Below, one piece after another: positions 49,733 to 63,210 of a stretch of 64,000 bases of DNA. The position numbers and the translations under genes are program-made. Source of the DNA: Felis catus (Eukaryota); assembly GCF_018350175.1 (NCBI RefSeq), contig NC_058368.1:182778001-182842000 (forward strand), written 5' to 3'. Numbering within the stretch: position 1 is the stretch's first letter; every line of letters begins with the position of its first letter. The notes beneath the pieces were generated by a model that saw nothing but the letters and a program-made list of their open reading frames with translations, was not told the origin of the DNA and ran no database searches.

Positions 49733-49964
49733 TTTTTTTTTTAACTTTTTAATATTTATTTTTGAGAGAGAGAGAAGCAGAGTGTGAGCGGTGAGGGGGT
49801 GGGGGGCAGGGGTGCAGAGAAAGAGGGAGACACAGAATCTGAAACAGGCTCCAGGCTCTAAGCTGTTAGCACAGAACTCGACGCAGGACTCAAACTCATA
49901 GACTGTGAGATCATGACCTGAGCCGAAGTCAGACGTTTAACCGACTGAGCCACACAGGCTCCCC
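49733..49964 (-). mobile_element. CanSINE
   Basis: Antisense; GGAGACACAGAATCTGAAACAGGCTCCAGGCTC. Confidence 0.96.
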
Positions 49965-50600
49965 AATAGTTAGTTTTTCTTAGCAATATTTACAGTTATA
50001 GTCATCTACTCATTTGTGGAGTTAATACTCAGATCAGTTGTTTTCAGGACATAATTTTCCTGGCAAAAATCTGTTATACCAAGAAAACAATATCTCTCAC
50101 TTTGAAACTATTATAAAACCATTAAATGGGTCTTTATCCAAAAATATTTCAGAGTTCAGAAACTTTCCCAAGGACCTCTCAACTCTGATGTTGAAATCAT
50201 AAATTACATGCGTTTGAAGCACCAAACATTTCCCTGTTCTTGTTAATTTTTCCTTAAGAGTTAACTTTTGAGTTTGGTAAATGTTCTAATTGCCAGATGC
50301 TCCCATGTTAATCAATGGCTTTACAAGTTATTAGGACAGTTTTCCAATATTGCTCTCATCTACTTCATGAAATCCTGTGGCTGTTTTTAAGATTTACTAT
50401 GTAAGTTTGCAACCCTGCTGCTCTGTATCTATATAACATTGCCATATTTCAAAACTAAAAATCAGAGAGAGATCTAAACTGTTCAGTCAATCAATAGTAT
50501 TGTTCTGTGAGAAGATATGATTAAATAGAAATAAATTTTGTTAAGTAGTCATGTTTTAGTGAACTTGATTCATATTATGACGGAATTTGAGCCTCCAATT

Positions 50601-50789
50601 CAGGAGACAGCAAAGTTATTCTATACAGAGGCCAGGAATAAATATTTTTTTTGTTTCTGTCGCAGCTAAGCTTAGTCACGGTAGCATCAAAGCAGTCAAA
50701 GACAATACATAAAAGAATGACATGCCTACAGTCAAATAAAACTTTACAGAAACAGTGAGCAGGGTGAGTTTTTTTTTTGTTGACCCCCT
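50601..50789 (+). mobile_element. MER58-like hAT MITE
   Basis: CAGGAGACAGCAAAGTTATTCTATACAGAGGCCAG ... AATAAAACTTTACAGAAACAG ... GTTGACCCC. Confidence 0.75.
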
Positions 50790-52300
50790 CTCTAATTTAA
50801 TAAATATTTGGATAACGAGGATCACTCTTTAAGAAAAATATTTCTCCCCAAAAAATTGAAATAAAGGACTTCCTCTATAATGCCCCCCAAAATCTAAGAA
50901 CTTTTGAAATTAAATATAATTTGCATGTTTTCTTTAACACAAACCCCAAATATCACTATTAATCATTCGATTCTGTTATTTCTCTCTCTCATTGTAGTAC
51001 TTTAAACTATGTGAAAAAAATTTCTTTGAAAATATATGAAAATGTATGTATTTCTCAAATTTGCAGGTTTTTAACTCTCTAATATTAGCATTATTACAAA
51101 TTAGAAACCCAGATAACCCAAAGATAATATGATAATCACATGTAAAACAAAATGATGATGAAAATGGAAAAAAAAATTACCTCAGAGATAAAAGTAAAAA
51201 AAAAAAAACACAATTGTTTATTCAATCAATTGTATATAATTATTTGCCCTTCATGAAATACCTCAATTAAGGACTTCACCTGGGAAAGTTCTCACGGTAC
51301 CAAGTCATTAGCTAGCTATAAGTAATACAATGATCTATGTGTTTTTAAAATGTTGAAATAATGTGGCTGGTCATCTGCAGCCCTCTGGTCCCTTTCAATA
51401 GTATGAGCAATCCAGTCAACAATAAAAAAAAAAAAAATAGTTCACTAAGGTGTTACCACCTTATACACAGAAAGTACTACTGACTTGTGTGCATACAGTG
51501 TTACATATGTCTCTTTATGCTATATGTAATTTTTATTAACATGTCCATTTACTATACTGCAGACTAAATTCACGGACATGCAATTAATTTTTAAAAGAAA
51601 AGCTAGGCCTTCTTTATCCATTCCAAACCATGTGAATCTGATCTCCAAAATTTCTACTTTTAGACTTGGAGGTATGATGGTAAGCATAGCTATCGTCCAC
51701 AATTCCTACCTTTCTTCAGTGTTTTAAGATCTTTTTTTTTCTCCTTTCCTACACATGATTTTGAAAGAGTAATTAGATGTTATTGGTTAATTTAAAGGAG
51801 CTGAGCAACCTAAAATGTGTAATATTTATAAATGTCTCCTTATAATTCATTCATGTAAACTTTTTTTTTTACAAAATATAAATGATGCCATATTTCTAAA
51901 GAGTTGTCACATCTTGCCCTGTTGATATTTTCTTGATAGTATTTTGTTTTAGTGGTAAAGAATAGAACATTTGAACTGGATGGCTATAAATAGATATCAG
52001 AAAAAAAATCAGTGAATCTACTTTTTAAAATAATTTCTGTAAATAACCAGAGTTTTCTATATGAATATTTCTTCTTGTTACTGAAAGAAAAAAGATTATG
52101 CCAGATAGACCATATATCTGAACCATTATGGTATTTTTGGTTTTCTACAATAAACCTTAGGACAATCTTTGTGGGATGAAAAATAAAATTCTCTATACCA
52201 TTAACACATTTAGGATACACGTTTCACTGAAACCCAATTAAGTCAGAGGATATCAGAATATGGACAGTGGAAGAGTAACCATTCCGAAATTAGATGTTGC

Positions 52301-52308
52301 GTGTGTGT

Positions 52309-52356
<48 letters not shown>
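52301..52356 (+). repeat. (TG)n microsatellite
   Basis: Directly visible. Confidence 0.97.
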
Positions 52357-52358
<2 letters not shown>

Positions 52359-55300
52359 TCAACACATACTGACTTTTGGATAATAGAACTAGCATTTGGA
52401 ATGTTCCAGCATATGGACTGCCCATCAAAGAAGCCATTGACTACTGCTGGTTAAGGTACAGTTAACTAGTTTTTCTATTTACCAATTTTAAACAGTTTCT
52501 CTATTTACCAGTATAGAAAGAGATTCTTCTCTATCAAGGACTCCTTTCCCCCTTTTGTCTGTAACTTATAGGAACCAAAGATTGTGATACACAATACTGA
52601 CAAAAAGAAATTATCATCAGTGTTATCAAATTTATAGTTTATTATGATTAAATAATTTACTTCATATGTTATGCTTTATACAACCTATAATTCTAAAACC
52701 AAAATAATTGAAAATAGATAAAACTTATATAGCCTTTATGATGTGTCAGACCATGCTTTATGATACAGAAGTTATAAAAATCCATATAGTTAAGGCCAAT
52801 TCTATTATGTGATGCATTCTATAGATATTGAAAATAAGTCACTAAGTGTTGATTTGCTCCAACTCACAGAGCTATTAATTGGCAGTTTCAGGATTGGAAC
52901 TTACGGAGTTCAGCTTCAGTACTCATGCTTTTACTACTCTTTTCACAATGCTATTAAAGAAGCATTGCTTTCTCTTCCTAAGCCCTATTTCATTGAAGGT
53001 ATTATTTTCAAAGGCAATACTCAAAATTTGCCTAAGCCAGGCCATTACAGCTTTATAAAGTTCATTTATAAGTCATTCCATATATACTAGATGTTATGTC
53101 AATGCAAAGCCTGATCTGGGGAGTGACCATCGTGTATGCATCTACCGTCTACAATTGACAGATTATTTTCAGTTCGCCCCATCTCTTACCAGAGACCCTC
53201 AGAAGACTTTTTAAAAGTTAAAATGATGAATAAATCAGCAAATCAGTCATCAGAAACAAACGCTAATCTATTATTCCCCTGCACTTGGCTTTATCAAAAA
53301 GACACAACTCATGAGAACAGAAGTAATACGTAAAGTCTTTTCCAAACAACTAAATGGCAATATATATTCTAAAGTCAATATACATTTCAGATTCATCATC
53401 TCTCCTTTCAGTTAAACCAGTAAATTTACATAACCTAAACAACCCTTTTCTATATGTTTTCCAATTAATAGGGTTTTAATATGTTTAGAAAATATCTGGT
53501 TGAATTTAGTGGAACAGCAAATTATGAACCAGGTGTTTCAATTGTATAAACAGCCTAATATGTGGACTGCATTAATTATGGCAAGTCTTCATCTTAGCTC
53601 CAAACCACCCAACTAAAAGTGGAATGAAGATTATTGCCTATTTCCTTATATCTAGATTGTGTTTTAATATCTCATTATATATTTAAAGGATAGACTCAAG
53701 GTCTCCAAGGCACACAGAGCTCATTGGTAATTATAAATACAAGATGGTGTTAATAATAAACTTTTATTTCCATTCATTATTCTCATTAATTCATTCTTTT
53801 AAATTTTGTACATTGTGGTGGATTTTTTTTCTTCCCCTGTTACAGATGTTTGGATTCTGTAATCCCTTGAGGTATGAGGAGCCTGCATATCCCATCTGCA
53901 GTGATAAACATATCCGGTGATTAGAATTTCATACAAAGCAAAATACTAAGACATCATTAAGCCTACAAAATATTTAGTCTCCCATATGTTGTTTGTGCTT
54001 CAGATTCCTCAAACATTTTGCTATAAAATACAATTCAGAATAAATAATAGATAAAAGTAAAGTCAAAGAAAAGAAAAAAAATTCTGGGTTTTTCAACTTC
54101 TTTGTTGTATATTTTATTTACACCAAGTATACAGCTCAACTCTCAGTCTTCTTTACTAAGTTGACATGAAACCTGAGTATTCGGTGTATGAGGTTTATAG
54201 AAGATACTGGTTTTAATAACACATTTGGCATTTAATTGAGCTTAGTTTAAGATGGGTGGGTGAAATTCATTAGAAGTTCCCTGATTGGGCATTAATTGCT
54301 AGCCATCTTGTGCTAAGTAAACTATTTTCCACAGTCTGTGCAATGCAGTGAGGATTCTGTTTTGCTACAGAGCCAAGTGCAGCTTCATGTCTTTCTCCAA
54401 CATTTAAGAAATAAATCAGTTGTTAAGCAAAACCTACATACATTTTATTGCACATAATAGGTGAGCAAAGCCCAAAGGTGAAATGAACCCACAATGAGAA
54501 ATTTCGACATGAAGTGAGCAGAAAGCTAAAAAGAAAATTTTTTCCTTGGTAGTCTAGGGTTTGTTTTATACCTGGCAACTGTGCCAAACAAGCAATGGAA
54601 GCAAAACCACATCAATTGTGGGAAAAAGGAATATAGAATCGACTCTTAAATTTGGACTCTCTGGTAATTATCAGCAAGTTAATGGGTGTTAATTTTTCAA
54701 CCTCAACATTAGAGCCATTTATGTTTCCAGTAGCTTTCTTGGCTACTGTGTTATATAAATTCTGCTCACCCCTTTCTTTCCTGAGTTCATTTCATCTAGG
54801 GTTACTTCAATCTGAGACTAGAATAGTAAATACTAGAGGGACTAAACAAGTCAGTCTCCTCTATTGAAAAGATGTAAATGATACAATATTTCACCCAGCC
54901 AACAAACAAAATCAAAGTACTAGATGCACCACAGCTTGAGACCTGTATATTTTAGTTTGAAATGTAAACATAAATATGACCCCGGAGATTAAACAATTTA
55001 ATATTTTTCTCATTTAATAAAGACTGGGGGCCTCTTGAGTGTTTCCTGAGTACAAACATCTTAGAAGTATATTTTTCATAAAACTATATTAACCCAAAAT
55101 GGAAAAGACCTTTGGGTCAGTCAGACCATCCCTTGGAGAACACAGAGGGCAGTTGCCTCGAATAAATACTCCAGTGTTTGGTCCCCTCGAGTGCTAGAGT
55201 TCCCTAGTGTTAGGCCAGCTCCTGACCTTTTATTTACAGTGTTATTTATTATTCATATTTTATTAAATATTAAAAATGCCACCTATTGTATCTGATGACT

Positions 55301-55605
55301 ATTATAAGAAAAGGTCCCTGTTCTTCAGATCTAGCTAGTTAATATCCGGGACTTGGCATTAATTATCTGACATTTCCTTTCAAAAATTCCTGAAGCTCCA
55401 TGGTTATATTTAGCAACCGATAGTCAGAAACCACTTTGGCAAAAACCAAACATGGTCATGAAGATAGCCAGAGTCAGGAGATAGTCCTTCTTGATCACTT
55501 CATTCATAAATGAATTCATTCTTTATGTCACTTCTTTATGAGTACCACTGATAACTGATATTTATTGTAAAGTATATACAATAAGTGACAAGAAGGACAT
55601 TTGTT

Positions 55606-55697
55606 AAAAATAAAATAAAATAAAATAAAATAAAATAAAATAAAATAAAATAAAATAAAATAAAATAAAATAAAATAAAATAAAATAAAATAAAAAA
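55606..55697 (+). repeat. (TAAAA)n pentanucleotide repeat
   Basis: Directly visible. Confidence 0.98.
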
Positions 55698-56769
55698 GTA
55701 AAATATAAAATGATTTTCCAAATTCAGTATGGGTTCTTCCATAGAGTTGGTTTTAGGCACTTCCCTGGTTATCACTTAATCACTTATTTGCAATTAAACC
55801 AACACAGTCTGTGCTTGTCTGTTTTTGTCAGTCTCTCTCTTTTCAATAGTTTCAGCATTTGAAAGAAAGTGAAGGGGTACATTTTCCTGATTATTTAACT
55901 GCTTAGTTAGTGTCTAGTTCTTTGTGCAGAGTTTTCTATTCTCACAGTAAGAGAAAGGATAAAATATCCCAACTTTATTGTTGAGTAAATTAATCCTGGG
56001 ACTATGCTTAAGAATTCTACAAGGAAAGATGCATATCATTTGAGTGAACAGTGAACCAACAACAAAAAGTAAACCCAAAACCAAACCAATAAAAAACCCA
56101 AAGCATCACTTTTCTTTAATGCCGAGAATCAATTCAGTCCAGTTGCAGAGAAACAGAGGTCCCTGGTAAATTTTATTGGTGGGGAAGAGCTGTCCCTGGC
56201 CATGAAGAAGCAGTTCAGGAACAAGGCTTATAACTGGTGGAATAAGGGAACCTGTCATAGACCTAAACCTAGTTCCTGAAGTGCACCTTCCTCTTAATTA
56301 TTTCTCTAAAATTTTATTTAAAGTGATAGTCTATCCTTGGTTATGTTGTATGTGATGCATGAAAGATCTGGGAAGGAGAGCAGCATTTTTGTTGTAGTGG
56401 AAGGTGTGACCATAGAAAGGACAAGCCCAAGAGGTCATCAAAAGTAGGGTGACAGTGAAGAACTTTGAGGACAAGGCCAGGATGAAGAAGCAGATAAAAT
56501 AGTTAGCATATGTGCCTGAGGAAAACCTGGCCAGAGAATAATGCCCCTCTCCTCAAATTAAGTCCATGCAGGTTCATGCCACCATGATTTGGATTATGCT
56601 AAATCTCATCCTGCTGCTTACAGCTAATTTCCATTCCTTAAATCCTTGCTACATGCCTCTCCAAATTCATGTCTTTGTTGTCCTCCTTATTTATTTCCTT
56701 ACTCCACATCCCTCAACAATTTCAAAGGATCCTAACATCAAGTTTGATTTCTGACTCAATAGAGAACAG

Positions 56770-57000
56770 ATGTTATTAAAAGAAGTTGGACTTCCTGAGA
56801 TTAAATCTTAGATCTGCCACTGATTATTTGTGTGACCTTGGAAAAAGAAACTCATCTGAAACTAAGATTCTTTATGTATAATATGGGAAAAAATAGTATA
56901 TACATAGATTTTTCTGACGAGTAAATGAGGTTATTTGGGAAAATCACTTGGCAGAGTGCCTGGCCTACAGTATTTTTATATTAGCTCTAATTATTATTAA
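56770..57000 (+). mobile_element. MIR
   Basis: TCTGCCACTGATTATTTGTGTGACCTTGGAAAA...AATCACTTGGCAGAGTGCCTGGC. Confidence 0.8.
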
Positions 57001-57049
57001 TTATAATTAACCAGGTGATTCTAAATAGGTATTTCCAGCCATGATACTT

Positions 57050-57283
57050 TTAAAGTTTTTTTTTTTTTAATGTTTATTCATTTTTGAGAGAGAGATGGAG
57101 ACAGAGCATGAGTGGGGAAGGGGCAGAGAGAGACCGGGGACAGGGGGATGGCACAAAATCTGAAGCAGGCTCCAGGCTCTGAGCTGTTAGCACAGAGCCC
57201 AATGCAGCACTGGAACCCACAAACTGCGAGATCATGACCTGAGCTGAAGTCAGACGCTAAGTGACTAAGCCACCGAGGCACCC
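57050..57283 (-). mobile_element. CanSINE
   Basis: Perfect TSD TCCAGCCATGATACTT (57034-57049 / 57284-57299). Confidence 0.96.
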
Positions 57284-58572
57284 TCCAGCCATGATACTTA
57301 TTCTCAGCTCCATTTTTTTATTTTCAACTATTGACTCATTATGTTTTCCTATTATTGCATATTCAACACTTGTTAAACTCAACTCATACTGGTTTTTTTT
57401 TTTTCCTTTCAAACTAAGGCATTTCTTACGGTATTATCCTCTTATTCCCTATGTATCAGCCTATTCAGTTATGAAATTCTCTAGCTGCTGCTGATATACT
57501 TCAGCACTCTTCCTTCCTTTTTATTCCCAAAGTAGTCTTCTAGTGGAAACCCTCAACCTTGGTTTCTTAATGTTACAATTATCTCAACTGCCTCCTAACT
57601 TTTCTTTTTTCTTTCAACTTGCTGCTCCAATCACTTAGAATTTTGTAGACTAGGCAATATTCCTAAATCACAGATATTAATATATAGACTATCCACGTGT
57701 ACAATGATCCTGTAATTCGGGTCCTTTACAGACACTTCCAGCATTTACTACCTTCATACCAAAATTTAAGCTCTAAATAAAATATATTTAATTTCTCTTC
57801 CTTGAATATTCTACATGTTTCTCTACCTATCAGTCAACACCAATTCTTTCTTAAATGTATTCAACATTACTATACTTTGTGTAAAATAGTAAATACTCGT
57901 CAAGAGTCAATTCTAATGAAATGTTATGTACTAAAACTTTTCTTGATTATGATGTTCCTTTTATCTGACCTTTCTAACATTTGATGTATCTATTTCTCCT
58001 GCCATTATAACATGGGAAATGATAGGTGTTTATATATTATATCTTTCATTTATTTTCTCTAGTTTTAAGGTTCCTTGGGGAAGGTTTATAGGCATAATTT
58101 AGCCTTACATTTACATTAGTGCCCTGAACAATGTGGCTGTCCCACTGGCTGATGTTCACATGCACGATTAAGTGATACTAAGTCATTTCAAAAAGTAGAC
58201 ACAAAAATAATTTCTCATAGCATCTGGTTAAATTAGTACTAAGTAAGGAAAAAAATTACAAATTAGTTTCATTATGGGTATAAGCTCCAAGTAGCAATCT
58301 AGCCAAAAGTTTATTAATTTTTATTTCTTAAAGAAATTCAGGTCAATAAGAAATTCAGTTATGTTTTTAACAAAGCAGAGTATGTTAGAAATGCCCATAT
58401 ATACTTATGTTTACATTATGCTTATAGAATTAAGTACTAAAACCTAATAATAGAGATTCTGATTCTGGATGGCCAGAAAACATCCTACTAACCAAACAAA
58501 AATCAACATTTAAAAAAAAAAAGAATCCAAAATCATCAAAAATCACAGTGAAAGTATCTCGAGTACAATTCA

Positions 58573-58811
58573 TATAATTTTTAGGGGTTTTATTTATCTG
58601 TGTTTGATAGAGACAATGACAGCATGAGAAAGGGAGGGAGGCAGGGAGGGAGAGAGAGGGGAAGAGGAAGAGAAGGAGAGAGATTCCCAAGCAGGCTCCA
58701 TGCTGCCAGCACAGAACCCAATGCGGGGCTTGAACCCATGAAACCGTGAGATCATGACCTGAGCTGAAAGTAAGAGTCGGACACTTAACCAACTGAGTAC
58801 CCAGGAGCCCC
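58573..58811 (-). mobile_element. CanSINE
   Basis: TSD TCTCGAGTACAATTCA / TCTAGAGTACAATTCA. Confidence 0.95.
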
Positions 58812-59004
58812 TCTAGAGTACAATTCAAAATTGCATGACATATGAAGTACCAGGCAGACATTTACAATTCTCAAACAAAAAGCCACATGAGACAAGACAA
58901 TGTTCCAAATAATAGAGCCATAACTATACTATACAATGTAAAGAATAACATGTCTGCAAAGAACGAATGTTAGAATATTTTCAGCAAAGAAACAAAAATG
59001 ATGA

Positions 59005-59175
59005 GGCTTGAGCTCAGATTATAATCTTGAGGTTTGTGGGTTTGAGTCCTGCACTGGAGTCTGGTGCTGACAGGTCAGACCTAGAGCCTGCTTCAGATTC
59101 TCTATCTCCATCTCTCTCTGCCCCTCCCCCACCCACACTCTGTCCCTCTCAATAATAAACATTAAAAAAAGAAAT
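59005..59175 (+). mobile_element. 5'-truncated CanSINE
   Basis: GAGCCTGCTTCAGATTCTCTATCTCC...AATAAACATTAAAAAAA. Confidence 0.88.
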
Positions 59176-59863
59176 AAAACTGATAGATAACAAAATGGAA
59201 ATTCTGAAACAACTGAAATTTAAACATTACTGGATGTGCTTTAACAGCCTAGTAGAGGAAATAAAGGAAAAGTCAATGAATGTGTAGATTGATAGTAATT
59301 ATTCAATTTGAAGTACAGAGAGAAAAATCATTGGGGAAAAAATCAACTAAGACCTGAAGAAAAGTTTTAAAAGGTTTAAAATATGTGTAATTGGAATCTC
59401 AGAAAAACAGGATAGAACTGAGTAGAAAAAAATATTTTAATCGGTGTAAGTTATAAATTTATAGATTTGAGAAGCTCCTTAAACTATAAGCAGAAATGGG
59501 AATTAAAAAAAAAAACTGTAAATGCATCAAAATCAAAATGCTAAAAACCAAAGAGAAACAAAGTCTTAAAAGCAGCTAGAGAAAAAATAACATCTTAATT
59601 TTAGGACACAATTTGAATTTTTGCTAACTTCTCATCAGAAAATGTGGATATCAGAAGACAGTGAAACAAATTTAAAATATTAAAAGGAAAAAATCTGTCC
59701 ATCTAGACATCTATATTAAGCCAACACACATATCAAGAATAATAAATAAATACATTTTCAGATTAGAAAAGAGAGAAGCTGTCAGAACTCATTGCCAGCA
59801 GATATCGAATACAAGAAAGACAAAGAGTTTTTCTGGCTAACAGAAGTTGAACACAGATGGATA

Positions 59864-60063
59864 GGGGGTGACTGGGTGGCTCAATCATTTAAGCATCTGA
59901 CTCTTGGTTTCTGCTCAGGTCATGATCTCATGGTTCATGGGTTCAAGTACTGCATTGGGCTATGCACTGACTGTAGGGCTTGCTTGGGATACTGTCTCCC
60001 TCCCTGCCCCTCTTACTCACTCTCTCTCCTTCTCTCAAAATAAATAAATCCCCTTAAAAAAAA
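59864..60063 (+). mobile_element. CanSINE
   Basis: Head GGGGGTGACTGGGTGGCTCA; TSD core ACAGATGGATA. Confidence 0.94.
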
Positions 60064-60192
60064 AGTTAACAGATGGATACATAGATCCTTAGGAAAGAAC
60101 AAAGGATCAAAAGATAGTAAATATCTGGGCAAATGTTAAAAAACAAAACAAACTTTTTTTTTCCCTTATTAATTGCTTTAAAAGAAAGTATA

Positions 60193-60372
60193 GGGGCATC
60201 TGGGTGGCTCAGTTGGTTAAGCGCCTGACTTTGGCTCAGGTCATGATATCACAATTCATAAGTTCGAGCCCCACATCAGGCTCCGTGCTGACTCACTCCT
60301 TCTCTCCCTCTCTCTGCCCCACCCCTGCTCTTGTGCCTGTGTGCACATGCTCCCCTCTCAAAATAAACATTT
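60193..60372 (+). mobile_element. CanSINE
   Basis: GGGGCATCTGGGTGGCTCAGTTGGTTAAGCGCCTGACTTTGGCTCAGGTCATGAT. Confidence 0.94.
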
Positions 60373-60603
60373 ATATATATGGTTTTTTACATAGATATAG
60401 ATACTATACATACAACAACTATAACATGGAGGAAATGGAGTTAGACTTATAAAGCTGTACTATTACCTTATTTTATATGAAACAATATTAATTCCATGCC
60501 GACTATGAAAGGAGGTACACTGCAATCCCAAGAGCAACCACATGAGACAATGCAAAATGGATAACAAAATATTAACATAGAATTCTTAACATATACTTAA
60601 ATA

Positions 60604-62160
60604 AATAATTTTATTTTTTAAATCTTTTTGAAAGATAAAGGATTTCTTTGAATTTATATTCTATGAGATATAAATGCTGATCACGTGAGTCAGTAAACAA
60701 GAAAGGACCCTCTTCAATGAACACTAATTATTTTTCCCAAGTCGGGATTTCCTGGAAGTCACATCACTCACAGTTCAGTCTATCTTCCACTTCTGCCATC
60801 TGAAGGCTGATCTACTTCCAACATAAACCCCAGGAAAGGTACAGGGCCCACCATAGTTTGTCCAATACCCTAATAGTGTTTTATGTAAACCCCTTATCCC
60901 TGGCTTTTAATTAAAAAGAGAATTCTGCCAGTTTTCTCCTAACAGTCTCTGCTGCAGGATAAAAAAAAGTATCTGCATCATACTTTGCTTGAGACTCAGA
61001 AGTCAGACATACAATTTCAAAAGGAAGAAGAAGAATTGGTTCATGGCTGTGCCTATCAGCCACCCATGTGGGCCCAGCCATCAGCTGTGGTTGCCAAGCA
61101 GACAGCTAAAAACACCTAAGCAGGACAGGACCGGACAAAGGTAGATCTTTCTATGACATCATGGAGAGATGACTGACTTCAGAGCTCCCAGACTCCACAG
61201 CTTCCAGCTGCGTCACTGTCCATGTGTCACCCCTAGAGTCATTTTTGCCATCAGGATAGCTGAAGCTTATGGGCCTCTCCTTGTGGCACTTCCTAGTCTT
61301 CCCAGGGTTTTAGCTGAGGCCCAGGGATCATCACTGCCTTAAAGGCAGGCTGCTTAGGGGGTACCCATGGGGGATGATCTTGCCATGCATTCTCCAGCTC
61401 CATAGGGCTTTACCAGGGGCTTTTCAAACCCAACATACTCCAGGATATCCCTGAGCACATCTTCCTGTCCATACACCAACCTACCAAAATGGTCATAAAT
61501 GGCCAGAGTATGCTGGGTGTGCATGCAGATGATAAGCTGGCCATACATGTTGCTCTGGTGCAATAGACTTGAAGAGTGAAGTTGAACCACCAGGCGTGGA
61601 TCTAAAGATCCTATGAAGCTCCAGCAGATAGTCATATATTTGATGTCCCAGACCATGTCCAGAAAAAAAAAATTTTTTTCAGTCACCAAGGTGTGAAGCC
61701 AGTCATGGTCTGAGTTATTTAGACAAAGGTGAGCTTCAGTAAAGATATCCTTAGCTTTTTCAGGATTAGGATTACGTTCTCTAATCCTCCATATTGAGAA
61801 TTTTGATGCCAATCTCTTCTTCAATCTCTCACTTCTCTGTGCCAATCGTTCCTTTGAAAGAGGATAGGTGAGTATCACCCTCTCGAGGAACAACGATGTC
61901 AAAGATACCAGCCGTACAGGCCAAGCGTAGGGGATGCTCCAAACATTCTGGAGGAGTGACCAGTCCTGCTTTCCGGGCATGTTTTATAAACTCCATTTCT
62001 GATTTGTATTTGGTTCATAAGTAGGAGGTGTGAAATGTTTCTAACCCTCACTGGAACTACAACTGTGGACTGAATCACCAGGACTGGCTGCCAAGACCAC
62101 CACACTAAAGCTCTGGATAAACAAAGCAAACCCCATGGTGTGAGGGCTGCCACTTTTTTC
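60604..62160 (-). pseudogene. MRPL45: Processed pseudogene of mitochondrial ribosomal protein L45; former CDS 62153 to 61251, 3' UTR and decayed poly(A) to about 60604
   Basis: Translations [55 protein letters not shown] and [31 protein letters not shown] match MRPL45 as I recall it; no introns; start is GTG; frameshifts; 19-bp TSD with 2 mismatches (60585-60603 / 62161-62179). Confidence 0.95.
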
Positions 62161-62992
62161 CTTAAAATATACTTTAATACTTTTAAAAAGCAGAAAGGAG
62201 GAACAATCAAAGATCAGAGGGGCAAAGTAAAGAACAATCATGACAAAATTATATAAAATATTAATGAACTAAATGCTGTCAGTAAAAGTCAGAAATTGTC
62301 AAAATACACACACAAGAAAGACTCGATAATATAATGTATGTTGTACATTATAAATAATGCATATGTAATACAAATCTACAAATATAACTTAAATAAAAAG
62401 ACAGGTTAAAAGCAAATAGGCGGTAATAGACATCATGCAAAGAGTAAGTAAGTAGACTAAAAGGCTAAATTAAGAGCAGGAAAAAAAATTCAAGACAAAA
62501 AATATTACTGTAGAAAAGACATTTAAAAATGATAAAAGATTTAACTCATGAAGATGATATAATAATTTTAAGTATGGGCACATCTAGTGATGGAAATTCA
62601 ACATATGTGAGATACAAATTAACTGAATCAAAAATAGGAAAAGATAATACCAAACATATAGCCAGAGATTTAAACAGAATTCTCAGCACTAAATAGAACA
62701 TAAAAACAAAACAAAACAAACAAAAAAACAGTAAAAATGGAGATGATTTCAACAGTACTAGCAACCATATTCAGCTAATAGTTTTTCAACTTATAAATAC
62801 ACCAACTGCAGAAAATACATTTCTTAATTGTATGTAGTGTATTCTCTAAATAGTCAAATCTGTTGTCTCATACAAGAAACTTAAGTTTTAAAAATTGCAT
62901 CTATATAGAGTATGTTGCTACTACAAAGGAATTAAATTTTAAAAAACAGCATATTTAAGAATGCTCAACTATTTCGATATTAAGCAACACAC

Positions 62993-63210
62993 TTTTTTTT
63001 TTTAATTTTAATGTTTATTTTTGAGAGACAGAGAGACAGACAGTGCATGAGCAGGGGAGGGGCAGAGAGAGGTAGACGCAGAATGTGAAGCAGGCTCCAG
63101 GCTCTGAGCTGTCAGCACAGAGCCTGACATGGGGCTTTAACCCATGGACTACGAGATCATGACTTGAGCCAAAGCCAGTTGCTTAACTGACTGAGCCACC
63201 TGGGTGTCCC
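62993..63210 (-). mobile_element. CanSINE
   Basis: Antisense; TSD TAAGCAACACA / TAAACAACACA. Confidence 0.96.

Noticed and set aside
51378..51392. CTCF-like GGACCAGAGGGCTG (minus strand)
   Set aside because: Partial match only; expected by chance in 64 kb
58430..58861. 143-aa ORF and other SINE-spanning ORFs (7303, 21037, 33294, 36954, 57078, 59792, 60204)
   Set aside because: Generic CanSINE translations
61354..61980. 208-aa ORF as a functional MRPL45 gene
   Set aside because: N- and C-termini are out of frame, the start codon is lost, and it is intronless with TSD and poly(A)
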